From: Candidatus Woesebacteria bacterium | Lineage (GTDB): Bacteria; Patescibacteriota; Microgenomatia; UBA8517 | Direction of reading: 5' to 3' | Length of the DNA stretch: 64,000 bases | NCBI GenBank assembly: GCA_013374835.1 | Contig: CP055307.1 | Coordinates: 10,447 to 74,446 of the forward strand | In this document: positions 41,957 through 51,240 of the stretch, piece after piece | Layout of the letters: the number at the start of each line of letters is the position of its first letter | Numbering within the stretch: position 1 is the first letter of the stretch | Notes under the pieces: generated by a model | Told to the model about the DNA's origin: nothing | The model's database searches: none | Seen by the model: the letters and a program-made list of their open reading frames with translations, nothing else | Made by a program: the position numbers and the translations under genes

Positions 41957-42074
41957 AATTTTAAAAATAGAAGGACATGGGGTTTATACCCTATCGTGGT
42001 AGCTGACACGATTAACTGCTCTTATGTGCAGCAAGTCCTTCTTTGATAGCTACTTATTCAATTATAACTCGGCA

Positions 42075-42308
42075 TTATCCGATATTTGGATATTGTCGAG
42101 TCACTCGACCAGTGTTCTGGTTTACTTCATGGATGCCCCAGCAATTACCACTCTGGTCAGTGTCGAACGATCTGCGATAGTTCGAGCTTGGATCGTAAGA
42201 CACAACATGCCAATGGTCGCCTCTGTTATAGGCATTGCTGTGATTGAAGCTCCATCCACTCTGGTAAACAGTTATTCCTGGTCCTGATGGAAACACAGGA
42301 AAGGACAT
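42075..42308 (-). CDS. Small 77-aa protein (peptide A) with strong Shine-Dalgarno
   Basis: AGAAAGGAGG-aaggcgg-ATG at 42308; MSFPVFPS...GDHWHVV...YPNIG. Confidence 0.65.
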   Translation of the reverse strand: MSFPVFPSGPGITVYQSGWSFNHSNAYNRGDHWHVVSYDPSSNYRRSFDTDQSGNCWGIHEVNQNTGRVTRQYPNIG

Positions 42309-42315
42309 CCGCCTT

Positions 42316-42617
42316 CCTCCTTTCTCAGATCTCAACTGGCGCAACTGCCAGCTAGTCTGCCCGGGATTGGGCGGAGGAGATTGGCTTTCTTGGAGTTTTT
42401 TAGCTTTACTTCTTTGGCTTTTTCTACCTTAGTGGCTTTTTTATGTTTGGCCTCTATTCCTCCCGCTTTTGGGAGTCGGCCGGCTATACAAGCATGAAGT
42501 TAGAAAACAGGCCTTTGAAGTTTGAGCCTAAAACCCAAGCTTTTGAAGGTGCAAAAGCGAATTTCGCACGCTTTGGGAGGTAGATTAGCAGAAGAAGAAG
42601 AAGAAGAAGTCAAGGGG
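42316..42617 (-). ncRNA. ~300-nt conserved promoter + structured 5' leader, copy A
   Basis: Colinear with 44178-44474; several hairpins with compensatory and G-U-consistent changes between the copies; ends in the SD. Confidence 0.65.
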
Positions 42618-42619
42618 TG

Positions 42620-43840
42620 TTACCTGATATTTCTTGATATCAAATTTCCTGCTGCCACAGCATGGGGCAATGAATTAAAAGGCTTTAATACTATCTGATC
42701 ATCTAGTATATATAGCGGGTTTTCTTTCTGCTTTGCTCCTTTAAAACAACGGTTAAAAGTCTCTGCATATAATTTGCTTAAATTTTGGTTTGGGTTTTTA
42801 TAAATCTCAATCTCAAACAAAATCCTTCGAAATACTAACAAAAAATCCACGATCCTTGACTGGTATAGTCTATCGGATAAATTTCTTAACTCTTTGAACT
42901 CAATTTCATATGCCTCAACTTCAGCCTGATATTTTCCTTTTTCAAGAAGATCAATTTCGTTTTCAAAATTTTTTAAATAACTCAAAACATGACCAAGCTC
43001 ATGAATCAAAAATAAAGATTGGTGACGAACATTAAAATTATTGTTTATATATACATCAAAACCATCTTTTTTGCTGTTATAGATGGTATACGTTTTATCT
43101 GACATTAGAACATTTATTTTTGACCTAAATTTATTTAAAAGATTATATTTTTTAAACATATATTTTTTAACTTCATGAGGTGATCTTAGGGGAAAAGCCG
43201 GCAATAAACACACTAAACAGGGTTTATTAAAGATTGAATAAAAATCACGAGAAAAATCTGTTTTTGTAAGAATTTGATTATTTATGAAATCAATTATTTT
43301 ATCTACATTTATGATAAATTTATTGAAATCTGATAAAGGAATTTTGTATTTTTTCTTATAAAAATTTATAAATTCGGACCGATGTAAACTTTCAACTTCT
43401 TTTTTTCTGTTAACTAATAATTTTATAAATTTTTCTTCTATTTCAGTTAACGGCAGATCCAGTTCATCCCAGATTTTTTTCCTATCTTCAATTCTTTTGT
43501 CAAAGACTTCTTTATCAATTCTATTGGCTACTTCAGTAGGCAAAAGAAGAAAATAATCTGACATTGCTTTTTCATATTTACTATTGCCAGGATTAAAAAT
43601 ATCTAATTTCTTTAGTGTTTTTGTCACAAAATCTTTATCTATCGCTTCACGAATTCTGTGCTTTATGTATAAATTAATAGAGCATGTTTTTGGATCCCTT
43701 AAAATTTTGTAGTCTTTTTCAGCTTCAAATCCAGCATTCAAAACTAGATCTTTGATTTTTTTGGGATCAGAAAATTTAGTATGGATTTTATATTGAGGAT
43801 AATATTCTTTAAATATGTCATTTAAGTCTTGATTTCTCAT
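42620..43840 (-). CDS. Zinc metallopeptidase-like protein (HExxH + downstream E; M3/gluzincin-like)
   Basis: LIHELGHV followed by AEVEA; FEIEIY; very AT-rich. Confidence 0.65.
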   Translation of the reverse strand: MRNQDLNDIFKEYYPQYKIHTKFSDPKKIKDLVLNAGFEAEKDYKILRDPKTCSINLYIKHRIREAIDKDFVTKTLKKLDIFNPGNSKYEKAMSDYFLLLPTEVANRIDKEVFDKRIEDRKKIWDELDLPLTEIEEKFIKLLVNRKKEVESLHRSEFINFYKKKYKIPLSDFNKFIINVDKIIDFINNQILTKTDFSRDFYSIFNKPCLVCLLPAFPLRSPHEVKKYMFKKYNLLNKFRSKINVLMSDKTYTIYNSKKDGFDVYINNNFNVRHQSLFLIHELGHVLSYLKNFENEIDLLEKGKYQAEVEAYEIEFKELRNLSDRLYQSRIVDFLLVFRRILFEIEIYKNPNQNLSKLYAETFNRCFKGAKQKENPLYILDDQIVLKPFNSLPHAVAAGNLISRNIR

Positions 43841-43950
43841 AGTTTTACAATTTTATTAAAATTAATGGAGAAAGAGTATAGCTAATATGCTATTTGGAGG
43901 GCTGGGACCCACTCTTTCTCCTTCCAGAAGTATTCGTTTAGGTCAACAAG

Positions 43951-44172
43951 CTAGGACCGCTCATCGCTTGAGACGTTCTCTGGGCTTTGACCACATCCAC
44001 CCGTTGAGCCCTGACTATTGCCAGAGGTTTCTTCAAAGCCTTTAGATGCAGAAATCGCATCTGCAGGATTCGTCTGAACAATGTGATCTGAGCCATAGTA
44101 GATTGTACGGTCAAGCTGCAATCCCCACTTGTCCGCAAGCTCTTGAGCTTTCGGCGAATACTTGTCGCTCAT
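43951..44172 (-). CDS. Small 73-aa protein (peptide B) with strong Shine-Dalgarno
   Basis: AGAAAGGAGG-agaag-ATG; Ser/Gly-rich C-terminus with a single Cys. Confidence 0.65.
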   Translation of the reverse strand: MSDKYSPKAQELADKWGLQLDRTIYYGSDHIVQTNPADAISASKGFEETSGNSQGSTGGCGQSPENVSSDERS

Positions 44173-44177
44173 CTTCT

Positions 44178-44474
44178 CCTCCTTTCTCAGAACTTAACTG
44201 GCGCAACTGCCAGCAAGTCTGTCCGAGATTGGGCGGGAGAGAGATCTTTCTTGGAGTTTTTTGGCCTTACTTCTTAGGCTTTTTCTATCTCAGTGGCCTT
44301 TTTTGTGTTTAGCCTGTTTCTCCTCCCGCTTTTGGGAGTTGGCCGATTTAGATAGGCATGAGGTTAGAAAATAGGCCTTTGAAGTTTTGGCCTAAAAAAC
44401 CCAAGCCTGTGAAGGTGCAAAAGCGAATTTCGCACGCTTTGGGAGGTAGATTAGCAGAAGAAGAAGTCAAGGGG
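44178..44474 (-). ncRNA. ~300-nt conserved promoter + structured 5' leader, copy B
   Basis: Colinear with 42316-42617. Confidence 0.65.
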
Positions 44475-44477
44475 AGG

Positions 44478-45053
44478 TTAGTTTATATCTACCAGTTTGG
44501 TTTCGGTTCTTTTGAAGCGCTCGTAGGAGGAGTTGAGCATATTAAGAAAACTATTTGGATCTTTTGGATCATTATGAATCTCTTTGGTAAAGAACCAGAT
44601 TGTGTTGTGGATCGCCATCTGAACATTTTCGTTGGAGAAATTATCCGGGTTTATATAAAGATTTACTTTTAGAACACCGTTTTCAAAAGATATGCTTGCG
44701 CTACTTAGATCTTTTTCTTGTGTGCCTATTTTAAAATACGGCTGAGGTTCATTTGTAAATACAAACTCGATTTTTCTAATAGGCGTGTAAAGTTTTATAT
44801 ACTCGCTATCTGGATTTCCGTAATAAATAGTATTAATTTCACTGAATTTAGAATCGGATAATATTTCCTCCCAAGCCGTTTTATCTCCCAGCTCGGCTGA
44901 ATTAATTTGAGGGTGATTTGATTTAAAGCTAATTTCTACGCCGCCGACTTTTTCTGGAGGGAAAACAGCACTACGAATAACAAGAAACCATAAAAGAACA
45001 GGGATTAGAAGCAAAAAAAAGATGATTACCAATAAAACCTTTTTGTTAAACAT
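44478..45053 (-). CDS. Hypothetical single-TM protein
   Basis: 191-aa ORF with N-terminal hydrophobic helix. Confidence 0.65.
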   Translation of the reverse strand: MFNKKVLLVIIFFLLLIPVLLWFLVIRSAVFPPEKVGGVEISFKSNHPQINSAELGDKTAWEEILSDSKFSEINTIYYGNPDSEYIKLYTPIRKIEFVFTNEPQPYFKIGTQEKDLSSASISFENGVLKVNLYINPDNFSNENVQMAIHNTIWFFTKEIHNDPKDPNSFLNMLNSSYERFKRTETKLVDIN

Positions 45054-45080
45054 TACTAAAATTAGTTTAGCATATTTTTG

Positions 45081-45758
45081 TCAAATATTTGAAGGGGTGG
45101 CTATTATTAGAAGTCTTTTTTTTGCTGTACCCGGCGGATCGCATGTTTGAAGAATAAGCTCTTCTTTGTCGTCTTTGGGAATGAGCCAGCTTGTTTCCGA
45201 GGGTTCTGCTATAAATTTGTAAGTTACTTTGTATTCAAATTTTTTGTTGTTATAAAATATTATTACTTTATCCCCCATCTCAAGCTCCCGTAGTCTAAAA
45301 AACACTGCATTATAATCGGCTACATTAAGGCTTGAGTCCGTTGAATGAGCGAAAAGGAAAATACTCCTTCCCTGCCCGGGGAAAAATGTATCTTTCGCAT
45401 GGGCGATGCCTTTTTTTAGAGCATCTTTATATTGATCATCATCAAAAGGATCTATGTTTGGAATTATTTTTGATTTGGCTTCAATTTTGGGAATGACTAT
45501 TGAAAAGCTTGTATCCACCCCCCACACGCGGGCTTCTTCCATTACTGCACCAACAGAATCATCTTTTACAAGATAGCGGCTTGTTTTGGGAACGGACTGG
45601 ATTACCGGTTTAGGGGTGGGAAAGGGACTAATTATTTTTTTCTCATAATAAGCGTTGAGGGGGGCGCTATAGTTAACCAAAAAAAATGTGATTGAGAGGC
45701 TTGTAAGAGAAAGGCCTAAAAGTTTAAGAATTTTTTGAAAAAGATTTAGATTTCTCAT
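45081..45758 (-). CDS. Sortase
   Basis: FLFAHS, LILQTC.PPGT..KRL give the His-Cys-Arg triad; N-terminal TM. Start set at MRNLNL. Confidence 0.9.
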   Translation of the reverse strand: MRNLNLFQKILKLLGLSLTSLSITFFLVNYSAPLNAYYEKKIISPFPTPKPVIQSVPKTSRYLVKDDSVGAVMEEARVWGVDTSFSIVIPKIEAKSKIIPNIDPFDDDQYKDALKKGIAHAKDTFFPGQGRSIFLFAHSTDSSLNVADYNAVFFRLRELEMGDKVIIFYNNKKFEYKVTYKFIAEPSETSWLIPKDDKEELILQTCDPPGTAKKRLLIIATPSNI

Positions 45759-46323
45759 ATAAAAATAGCCCCAAAAACCCAAGAGCTGCCATGGTGAGAG
45801 CAAGAAACTCATCGGGCCCTGTTTCGGGCAGGGTTTGGCCTCCTTTTGTCTCTACTGTAAAGCCGGGTTTGGGTGTTCCAGTCGGCGTTGGACTGATGGT
45901 CGGTGTCGGGCTTGGTGATGGCGATTTTGTGGGAGCCGGGGTTGGGGTAGCAAACTGGGGATTTCCGGCGCTATAGAGATTACAATTATTATCCCCTTCT
46001 TTAACTCGGATGCTACAAGCTAGTGTCGCGTTTTTGGGATAATAGTGGACCTCACCGCAGTTTGATGGAGGATTTGCACAGAGCGCGTCGCTTCTTGCAT
46101 CTGTCAAACTAGCTCCCTGATCTTCCTTGGTGCAAGCACCGTCTTTATTAGTATCTCCATTTGGGCAGTTATAAGTCTCGCAACGGACGATAGCTTCCCC
46201 GTCTGGGCAATGGTACCACGGAGAGTTTTGCGCTTTTACCACGCTTTCGGCAGAAAAAAGCAGAAAAAATAATAGCAAAGATAGATTTATAAATAATTTT
46301 TTATTCATCAAAAATACTGACAA
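45724..46323 (-). CDS. Cys-rich sortase substrate with LPxTG cell-wall sorting signal
   Basis: Signal peptide, Cys-rich domain, PT stalk, LPETG + hydrophobic helix + basic tail. Confidence 0.85.
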   Translation of the reverse strand: MSVFLMNKKLFINLSLLLFFLLFSAESVVKAQNSPWYHCPDGEAIVRCETYNCPNGDTNKDGACTKEDQGASLTDARSDALCANPPSNCGEVHYYPKNATLACSIRVKEGDNNCNLYSAGNPQFATPTPAPTKSPSPSPTPTISPTPTGTPKPGFTVETKGGQTLPETGPDEFLALTMAALGFLGLFLYEKSKSFSKNS

Positions 46324-46359
46324 AAAACTTTATTCAACCAAATTGAAGCGAGTCAAGTA

Positions 46360-49300
46360 TTATAACAATAAAATAAGGAATGTCAAGGGCAGAAGAAGAA
46401 AACCAATCCATTGAAGGATCTGAGGAAGATAAATTATGTAAATAGCAGTTGGTAGTTGGTAGTCAGAGCTAGGAATTTGCCAAGCATTTGCCCATGAGTT
46501 AAGCTTAAAATGTGGTAGTACTTTTATTTTCCAATTATTTATACTAAAAGCAACCCAGCCGGAGTCGTAACCTTGGGAAAGAGCTACAATCCCCTCATCG
46601 CTAACATCTGCTTTATAAAGAGCTGTGCCGAATTTCTTAGTGTCAGTTACTTCAAGGCGGTTATTTATTATTTTTTGATCATTGTTTACTATTTTTATCT
46701 TAGAAAGCCATTCTAAAGGCACCGAGTAGGTAGCTACTAAATCTACTTCATTGATACTTTTTTCACGCCCAAAGGAGCGAGTCTCGAGATTAAGAGTATA
46801 GTTACCTCTGCTTTCAAAAGGCCAGCTTAAAATCGAGAAATAGTTGTCAAAAGAGTTTGGCGAAAGAAGTACCTCAAGATCATTTTTTTGCGTTGCCGGA
46901 TTATAAAGATATGCTTTAAGGCTTCTTCCCTCTTTGTTTTCCCCTCTGATACGCAAGACAAAGCTCTCTTCCGGTGCCGGATAACCCAATATTAAATAGT
47001 CACACAATGCGGCCCTTTCTTCTGCAATATAAATAACTTTATTGTCATTAACTTTTTTTGATACCCCCCCTCTTTGGAAAAGGTCACAATTTCTTTCTCT
47101 TTGCGGGCCTCCATTTATAAAGTCTATGTCAATTTCTTTAGTAGGAATATTTAAAGTAAGGTTATCAATGTTATCAACTAAAATTTTTGTTCCATTTATT
47201 AATTTATCCCAATTAGAATTGGAAAATACAATATCAGCAGATTTATTCATTAAAGAAATATTCACAGGTCGGTAAAAAATAGTTGTTTCAGCTCCAGTTT
47301 CATCAGGAGGACGAGCCGCAAGAACCAACCAATAATTGGCCGTCTCGGGTACAATCATTTCGCGCTCAACTAATCCCCAATCTTTTGATGTGGGGGTTTT
47401 ATAAAAAATTTCTTCATGAATGCATTCGGACTCGCCTTCTTTTACTACACAGAAATGAGGCTTTGCGCCGCTATCCGACCTGTATGGCAACGCGATTTTC
47501 AAAAGCGAATCTTTTTTGAGATTGCCGATTTTCTGAGATGAGCAAGCAACCATGTCTTTTACCTTTATCTCTAGGACACCATCTGACTTTTCAATATTAA
47601 AGTTCCCTTTTGTATTCTCCCTCTGCCAACAATTTACAAATTCCGAATCAAAAAAAGAAAAATTGAATATTTCGCCAGGTATTTCGTAAATTTTTATCTG
47701 TAGAGCTTTGCTAGGGTCAAAAAGAAAAGGAGTTAATTCTTTTTTATCTCCTTGATTAAGATTAGTAACTTTTCCGTTTATAAACAGTGCAATGGATCCT
47801 GGTTTGTCTCTAAGTGTTATATAAAAAGGTTTGAAAAAATTAATCGGGGCTAGATTTTCAAAAAAAACGGGATCTAACAGATTGATTGTAATAAGATTGT
47901 CTTTCAAAGAAACGCTTCCGTGTGCTCTAAACGGATTTTTTAAGGGTGGAATCAATAACTCTTTTTTATTCTGATTAAGGGTTATTTGTGATGATATGGA
48001 CAAAAAAGTTGATCCATCTATATTTGGCTTTACTTTTATATTGTTTAGCTCTTCTCTAAGAAGATTTCCAAAGGGGTAAACAAATTTTTTTGAAGAGACG
48101 TAGTTACCATACTCCATATAAACAGGATCGTATCTTGCATAATCAAGGTCAATATCCGCAAATATGTATGTTTTGGGTGCGTAAACAAAGCTCTCCTCTG
48201 ATGGGACTTTGTAGATTACCAAAAAGCCCTTTTCCCATACCTTTTGGGCGCCAATATCGCTTAAAAGTTTTTCTGTTTCTTTGAATCTTAGAATATTTGG
48301 GTTTCCCTCCGGAACTATTACGCTTTTGTCAATCAAAGCGTAGGTGACATCGTATTTATCAAACAACTTTTTAAAAGCATCTTTGTCTTCGCGGTAGAGC
48401 GCTGTTGAGATTTCATGATAGTAGCCTTCATTGTATTTGCTCCAAACGTCAAAAGCTCTATCCAAAATAGGCTGTTCAATTCCATACCAGAGAAAGCCGC
48501 TTCCCCTGTATCCCCAATCATAGAAATCCCAACCCCAAAATGTTTGGACAGGAAAACGTGCTATCCTTGCCTCCCGGGGCTGAGACCGGAAATAGTCAAA
48601 TAAAGAAAAGTATTCTTCTGGATACTTAACTTGCATTGAATTCGAGATCAGATTTCCTTTAAAGAGCGGTCTTAATTGCAGTACAGCAAGTACGGATATA
48701 AGTAAACAAAAAATAAATGCAGTGACTAAAGTGTATTTTTTCACTAGTTTACTTATGTAAGCGACAAATAATCCTACTCCTAAAGCAAAGCTTAGAGCGT
48801 ATGCGGTAGACCATTTTGTAAACACGGATCGAAACATTTGGCCAAAAAGAGGCACCGCACGAGACATTGTGTTGTAAACTACACCAAGTACGCCTTCCCC
48901 TGCCGTAAGCATAAGAAAAGATAAAATAAACATTGCAAAAAGTGATAGTTCCCACCTGTTTCTTCGTAAAAAAGCACCAAATAAAAAGCCTACTAAGGAT
49001 ACCGCAAACAAACCAATACCGATAATCTCAAATGTTTCAGTACTTACATATTCGCGCCAAAATGGCATAAGGTAATTAAATTCACCGTTTAGTTCATCGC
49101 TATATTCCAGCCAAAAACCCCTCATAAGCATGATGTTTTCGGGATCTCCAAAACCTTGGTTCATAAGTTTTACTTCGGCTGTTGGAAGAACGCTTGTCTT
49201 TGCGCTTATAAGTACTTCGGATCCGCTAAAAGTAAAATATGCTACAGGGATTGACCAAAATGCTGTGGAAAGAGCTGTAATTATTCCAAGTTTTATTACG

Positions 49301-49971
49301 CTACTAAATAATTTTTGTTGTTTTGAAAAAAAATATTCAACAACAAAAAGAGACAAAAGCATAATAAAAACTACAAAATGTGTTTGTATGTAAAATGCTG
49401 TCGCACCCAATAACAGTGCCGTGGAATAATACAATAAGTATCTTTTCTTCGCCTTTTTTAAATATAAAATCGCCAAATAAATAAAAAATGGTAAACATCC
49501 GTAAAAGGTGATAAATGATTCAAAAGGAACAAAAAATGTTTGCACTGTTGACATGTTTAAAAGATATAGCAATCCACCTGCTAGAGCAGCGAAATTGTTA
49601 CGAGTAACATGCCGTGCCAGTAGGTATCCACCAAGCGGTCCAAGTAGAAGCATTCCAAAAGACCAAACATAGCGCAACGCTTCGCGAGGAACAACAAAGG
49701 AGAGCACGGTAAACAACAATTGCCGCGGCAAGTCCGCCGCGTGCGCCATACCACCCAGAAGCCCAACTCCCTGGTATTCCTGCCACACCGCATTAAGTGA
49801 CCTTGTAATGTTAGAGGAAATATTAAACTCCGGGTGCAGATTATCCCAACCAGACAAAACAGTACCTTCGGCAACCGTGCTGGAAATTATTAAAAACCAA
49901 GCAAAAACTATTACTATCGGCGCGATAAATTCCAGTAGTACAGAACAAGCCTTAAGCATTCTTTTCTCCAA
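46360..49971 (-). CDS. Large polytopic membrane protein, probable GT-C-type glycosyltransferase with extracellular domains
   Basis: GWDNLHPEF, multiple TMs, FRS.FTKW, and C-terminal LSQGYDSGW...NSWANAW (YfhO-like); follows two glycosyltransferases. Confidence 0.65.
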   Translation of the reverse strand: MEKRMLKACSVLLEFIAPIVIVFAWFLIISSTVAEGTVLSGWDNLHPEFNISSNITRSLNAVWQEYQGVGLLGGMAHAADLPRQLLFTVLSFVVPREALRYVWSFGMLLLGPLGGYLLARHVTRNNFAALAGGLLYLLNMSTVQTFFVPFESFITFYGCLPFFIYLAILYLKKAKKRYLLYYSTALLLGATAFYIQTHFVVFIMLLSLFVVEYFFSKQQKLFSSVIKLGIITALSTAFWSIPVAYFTFSGSEVLISAKTSVLPTAEVKLMNQGFGDPENIMLMRGFWLEYSDELNGEFNYLMPFWREYVSTETFEIIGIGLFAVSLVGFLFGAFLRRNRWELSLFAMFILSFLMLTAGEGVLGVVYNTMSRAVPLFGQMFRSVFTKWSTAYALSFALGVGLFVAYISKLVKKYTLVTAFIFCLLISVLAVLQLRPLFKGNLISNSMQVKYPEEYFSLFDYFRSQPREARIARFPVQTFWGWDFYDWGYRGSGFLWYGIEQPILDRAFDVWSKYNEGYYHEISTALYREDKDAFKKLFDKYDVTYALIDKSVIVPEGNPNILRFKETEKLLSDIGAQKVWEKGFLVIYKVPSEESFVYAPKTYIFADIDLDYARYDPVYMEYGNYVSSKKFVYPFGNLLREELNNIKVKPNIDGSTFLSISSQITLNQNKKELLIPPLKNPFRAHGSVSLKDNLITINLLDPVFFENLAPINFFKPFYITLRDKPGSIALFINGKVTNLNQGDKKELTPFLFDPSKALQIKIYEIPGEIFNFSFFDSEFVNCWQRENTKGNFNIEKSDGVLEIKVKDMVACSSQKIGNLKKDSLLKIALPYRSDSGAKPHFCVVKEGESECIHEEIFYKTPTSKDWGLVEREMIVPETANYWLVLAARPPDETGAETTIFYRPVNISLMNKSADIVFSNSNWDKLINGTKILVDNIDNLTLNIPTKEIDIDFINGGPQRERNCDLFQRGGVSKKVNDNKVIYIAEERAALCDYLILGYPAPEESFVLRIRGENKEGRSLKAYLYNPATQKNDLEVLLSPNSFDNYFSILSWPFESRGNYTLNLETRSFGREKSINEVDLVATYSVPLEWLSKIKIVNNDQKIINNRLEVTDTKKFGTALYKADVSDEGIVALSQGYDSGWVAFSINNWKIKVLPHFKLNSWANAWQIPSSDYQLPTAIYIIYLPQILQWIGFLLLPLTFLILLL

Positions 49972-51220
49972 TCAACTGTACATACTTTTCCCCCGCGTGT
50001 TTCCAGGAACGTTTATTTCGAATTATCTCCGAGAAGTTTGATAGCTTACGAATTAATCTTTTGTCATTCAGTCTAGTAATAAGATTTTCAAATCCTTCAT
50101 CGGTTAGCGGAAAAGTCATGTTGTCTGCTGTTAGACCACTCGCCTGCAAGCCTTCCTTCATATCTTCTGTCACAAAATAGCCGCGAAGCTCATCTGATAA
50201 AACCACCGGCTTACCGTAGGAAAATGCCCAAGATAGCGGCCCGCTACTACTGACAAATACCCGATATGGCATAACAAGTACATCGCCAGCTGCGAAGTAA
50301 AGCGAAAAATCACTCTCCGGAACAAAACCCGTAATTATAATTTTGTCACTATGTTTGCTGGCTTTGGTATGAATTCCATCAATCATTTTCTGGTATTGAC
50401 TGTCTTCCTTAAACCGCGGGTTCTCTCCCCCAGCAATTAGAAGTCTGATTTTTTGATCGGGATTTTTCTCCAAGTACCTGCTTACTGTATCCACAAGCCA
50501 ATCTGCCCCTTTGTACCAAATAAGAAAACCGAAATACATAAGCACCAGTTCATCTTCTTTAAACCCAAGCTTTTCTCGAGCTTTTTGGCGAGGCATAATA
50601 TCTTTTACCACATCCACTCCATGGGGAATTGTGACAAGCTTATCCTTTTTTCCAGTAAGCGCAATAAGCTCCTGTCGCAGTCCCTCCTCGAATAATACTA
50701 TGTAATTACTTGCAAACACGGTTAACCAGTAGTAACTCTTTAGTGTCAGTGACAGTAGTTTTGTTTTTGTACTCCCCTTCTTTGCCCCCACTTGGCCTGC
50801 TACGCTGTCCGCATCAAGAAGTACTGCATGAGATATGAAAAACACCCGCTTACCCATGAGTCGCATTGCGACAATCATCACAGGCACGAATGTCAAGTGC
50901 CAGCGCTTGTCACTAAACATTGACCACTCAAAAGCAAAAATGATATTTTTTGCCTCTTTGTGAGAAAAGACCGATCTTAATATTTTCCAATAAAGATTTA
51001 GTTTTCCTCGTTTCCAGATTCTTTCTACTTTGATGCCTTCTTCGTAATAAGACTCTTTTTGATCTTTGATTTCGGCTAGGACTATGATTTTGTTTTTTAG
51101 GTGCTTTAAAAGCTCAAGCAGAGTATTTTTGGTATAAGAGGCCGCTCCAGTCATTTTGTGACCGTAGAGGGTCCCTTTGGGGGGGTAAGCTGAAATTACC
51201 AGTAAGGCTTTCTTTCCCAT
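49952..51220 (-). CDS. Glycosyltransferase family 4
   Basis: IPHGV, FGFL..YKG, D..VMPY...SSSGPL..A.SYGKPV. Confidence 0.88.
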   Translation of the reverse strand: MGKKALLVISAYPPKGTLYGHKMTGAASYTKNTLLELLKHLKNKIIVLAEIKDQKESYYEEGIKVERIWKRGKLNLYWKILRSVFSHKEAKNIIFAFEWSMFSDKRWHLTFVPVMIVAMRLMGKRVFFISHAVLLDADSVAGQVGAKKGSTKTKLLSLTLKSYYWLTVFASNYIVLFEEGLRQELIALTGKKDKLVTIPHGVDVVKDIMPRQKAREKLGFKEDELVLMYFGFLIWYKGADWLVDTVSRYLEKNPDQKIRLLIAGGENPRFKEDSQYQKMIDGIHTKASKHSDKIIITGFVPESDFSLYFAAGDVLVMPYRVFVSSSGPLSWAFSYGKPVVLSDELRGYFVTEDMKEGLQASGLTADNMTFPLTDEGFENLITRLNDKRLIRKLSNFSEIIRNKRSWKHAGEKYVQLIGEKNA

Positions 51221-51240
51221 ATTTCCAGTCTAGCTTTTTT

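Noticed and set aside
42309-42344. Upstream TTG start for peptide A given by the ORF track
   Set aside because: That stretch is the conserved hairpin and SD shared with copy B; the ATG at 42308 is correctly spaced from AGGAGG.
44358-44672. Plus-strand ORF crossing leader copy B
   Set aside because: The equivalent frame in copy A is shifted by indels, and the structure and SD evidence supports the minus strand.
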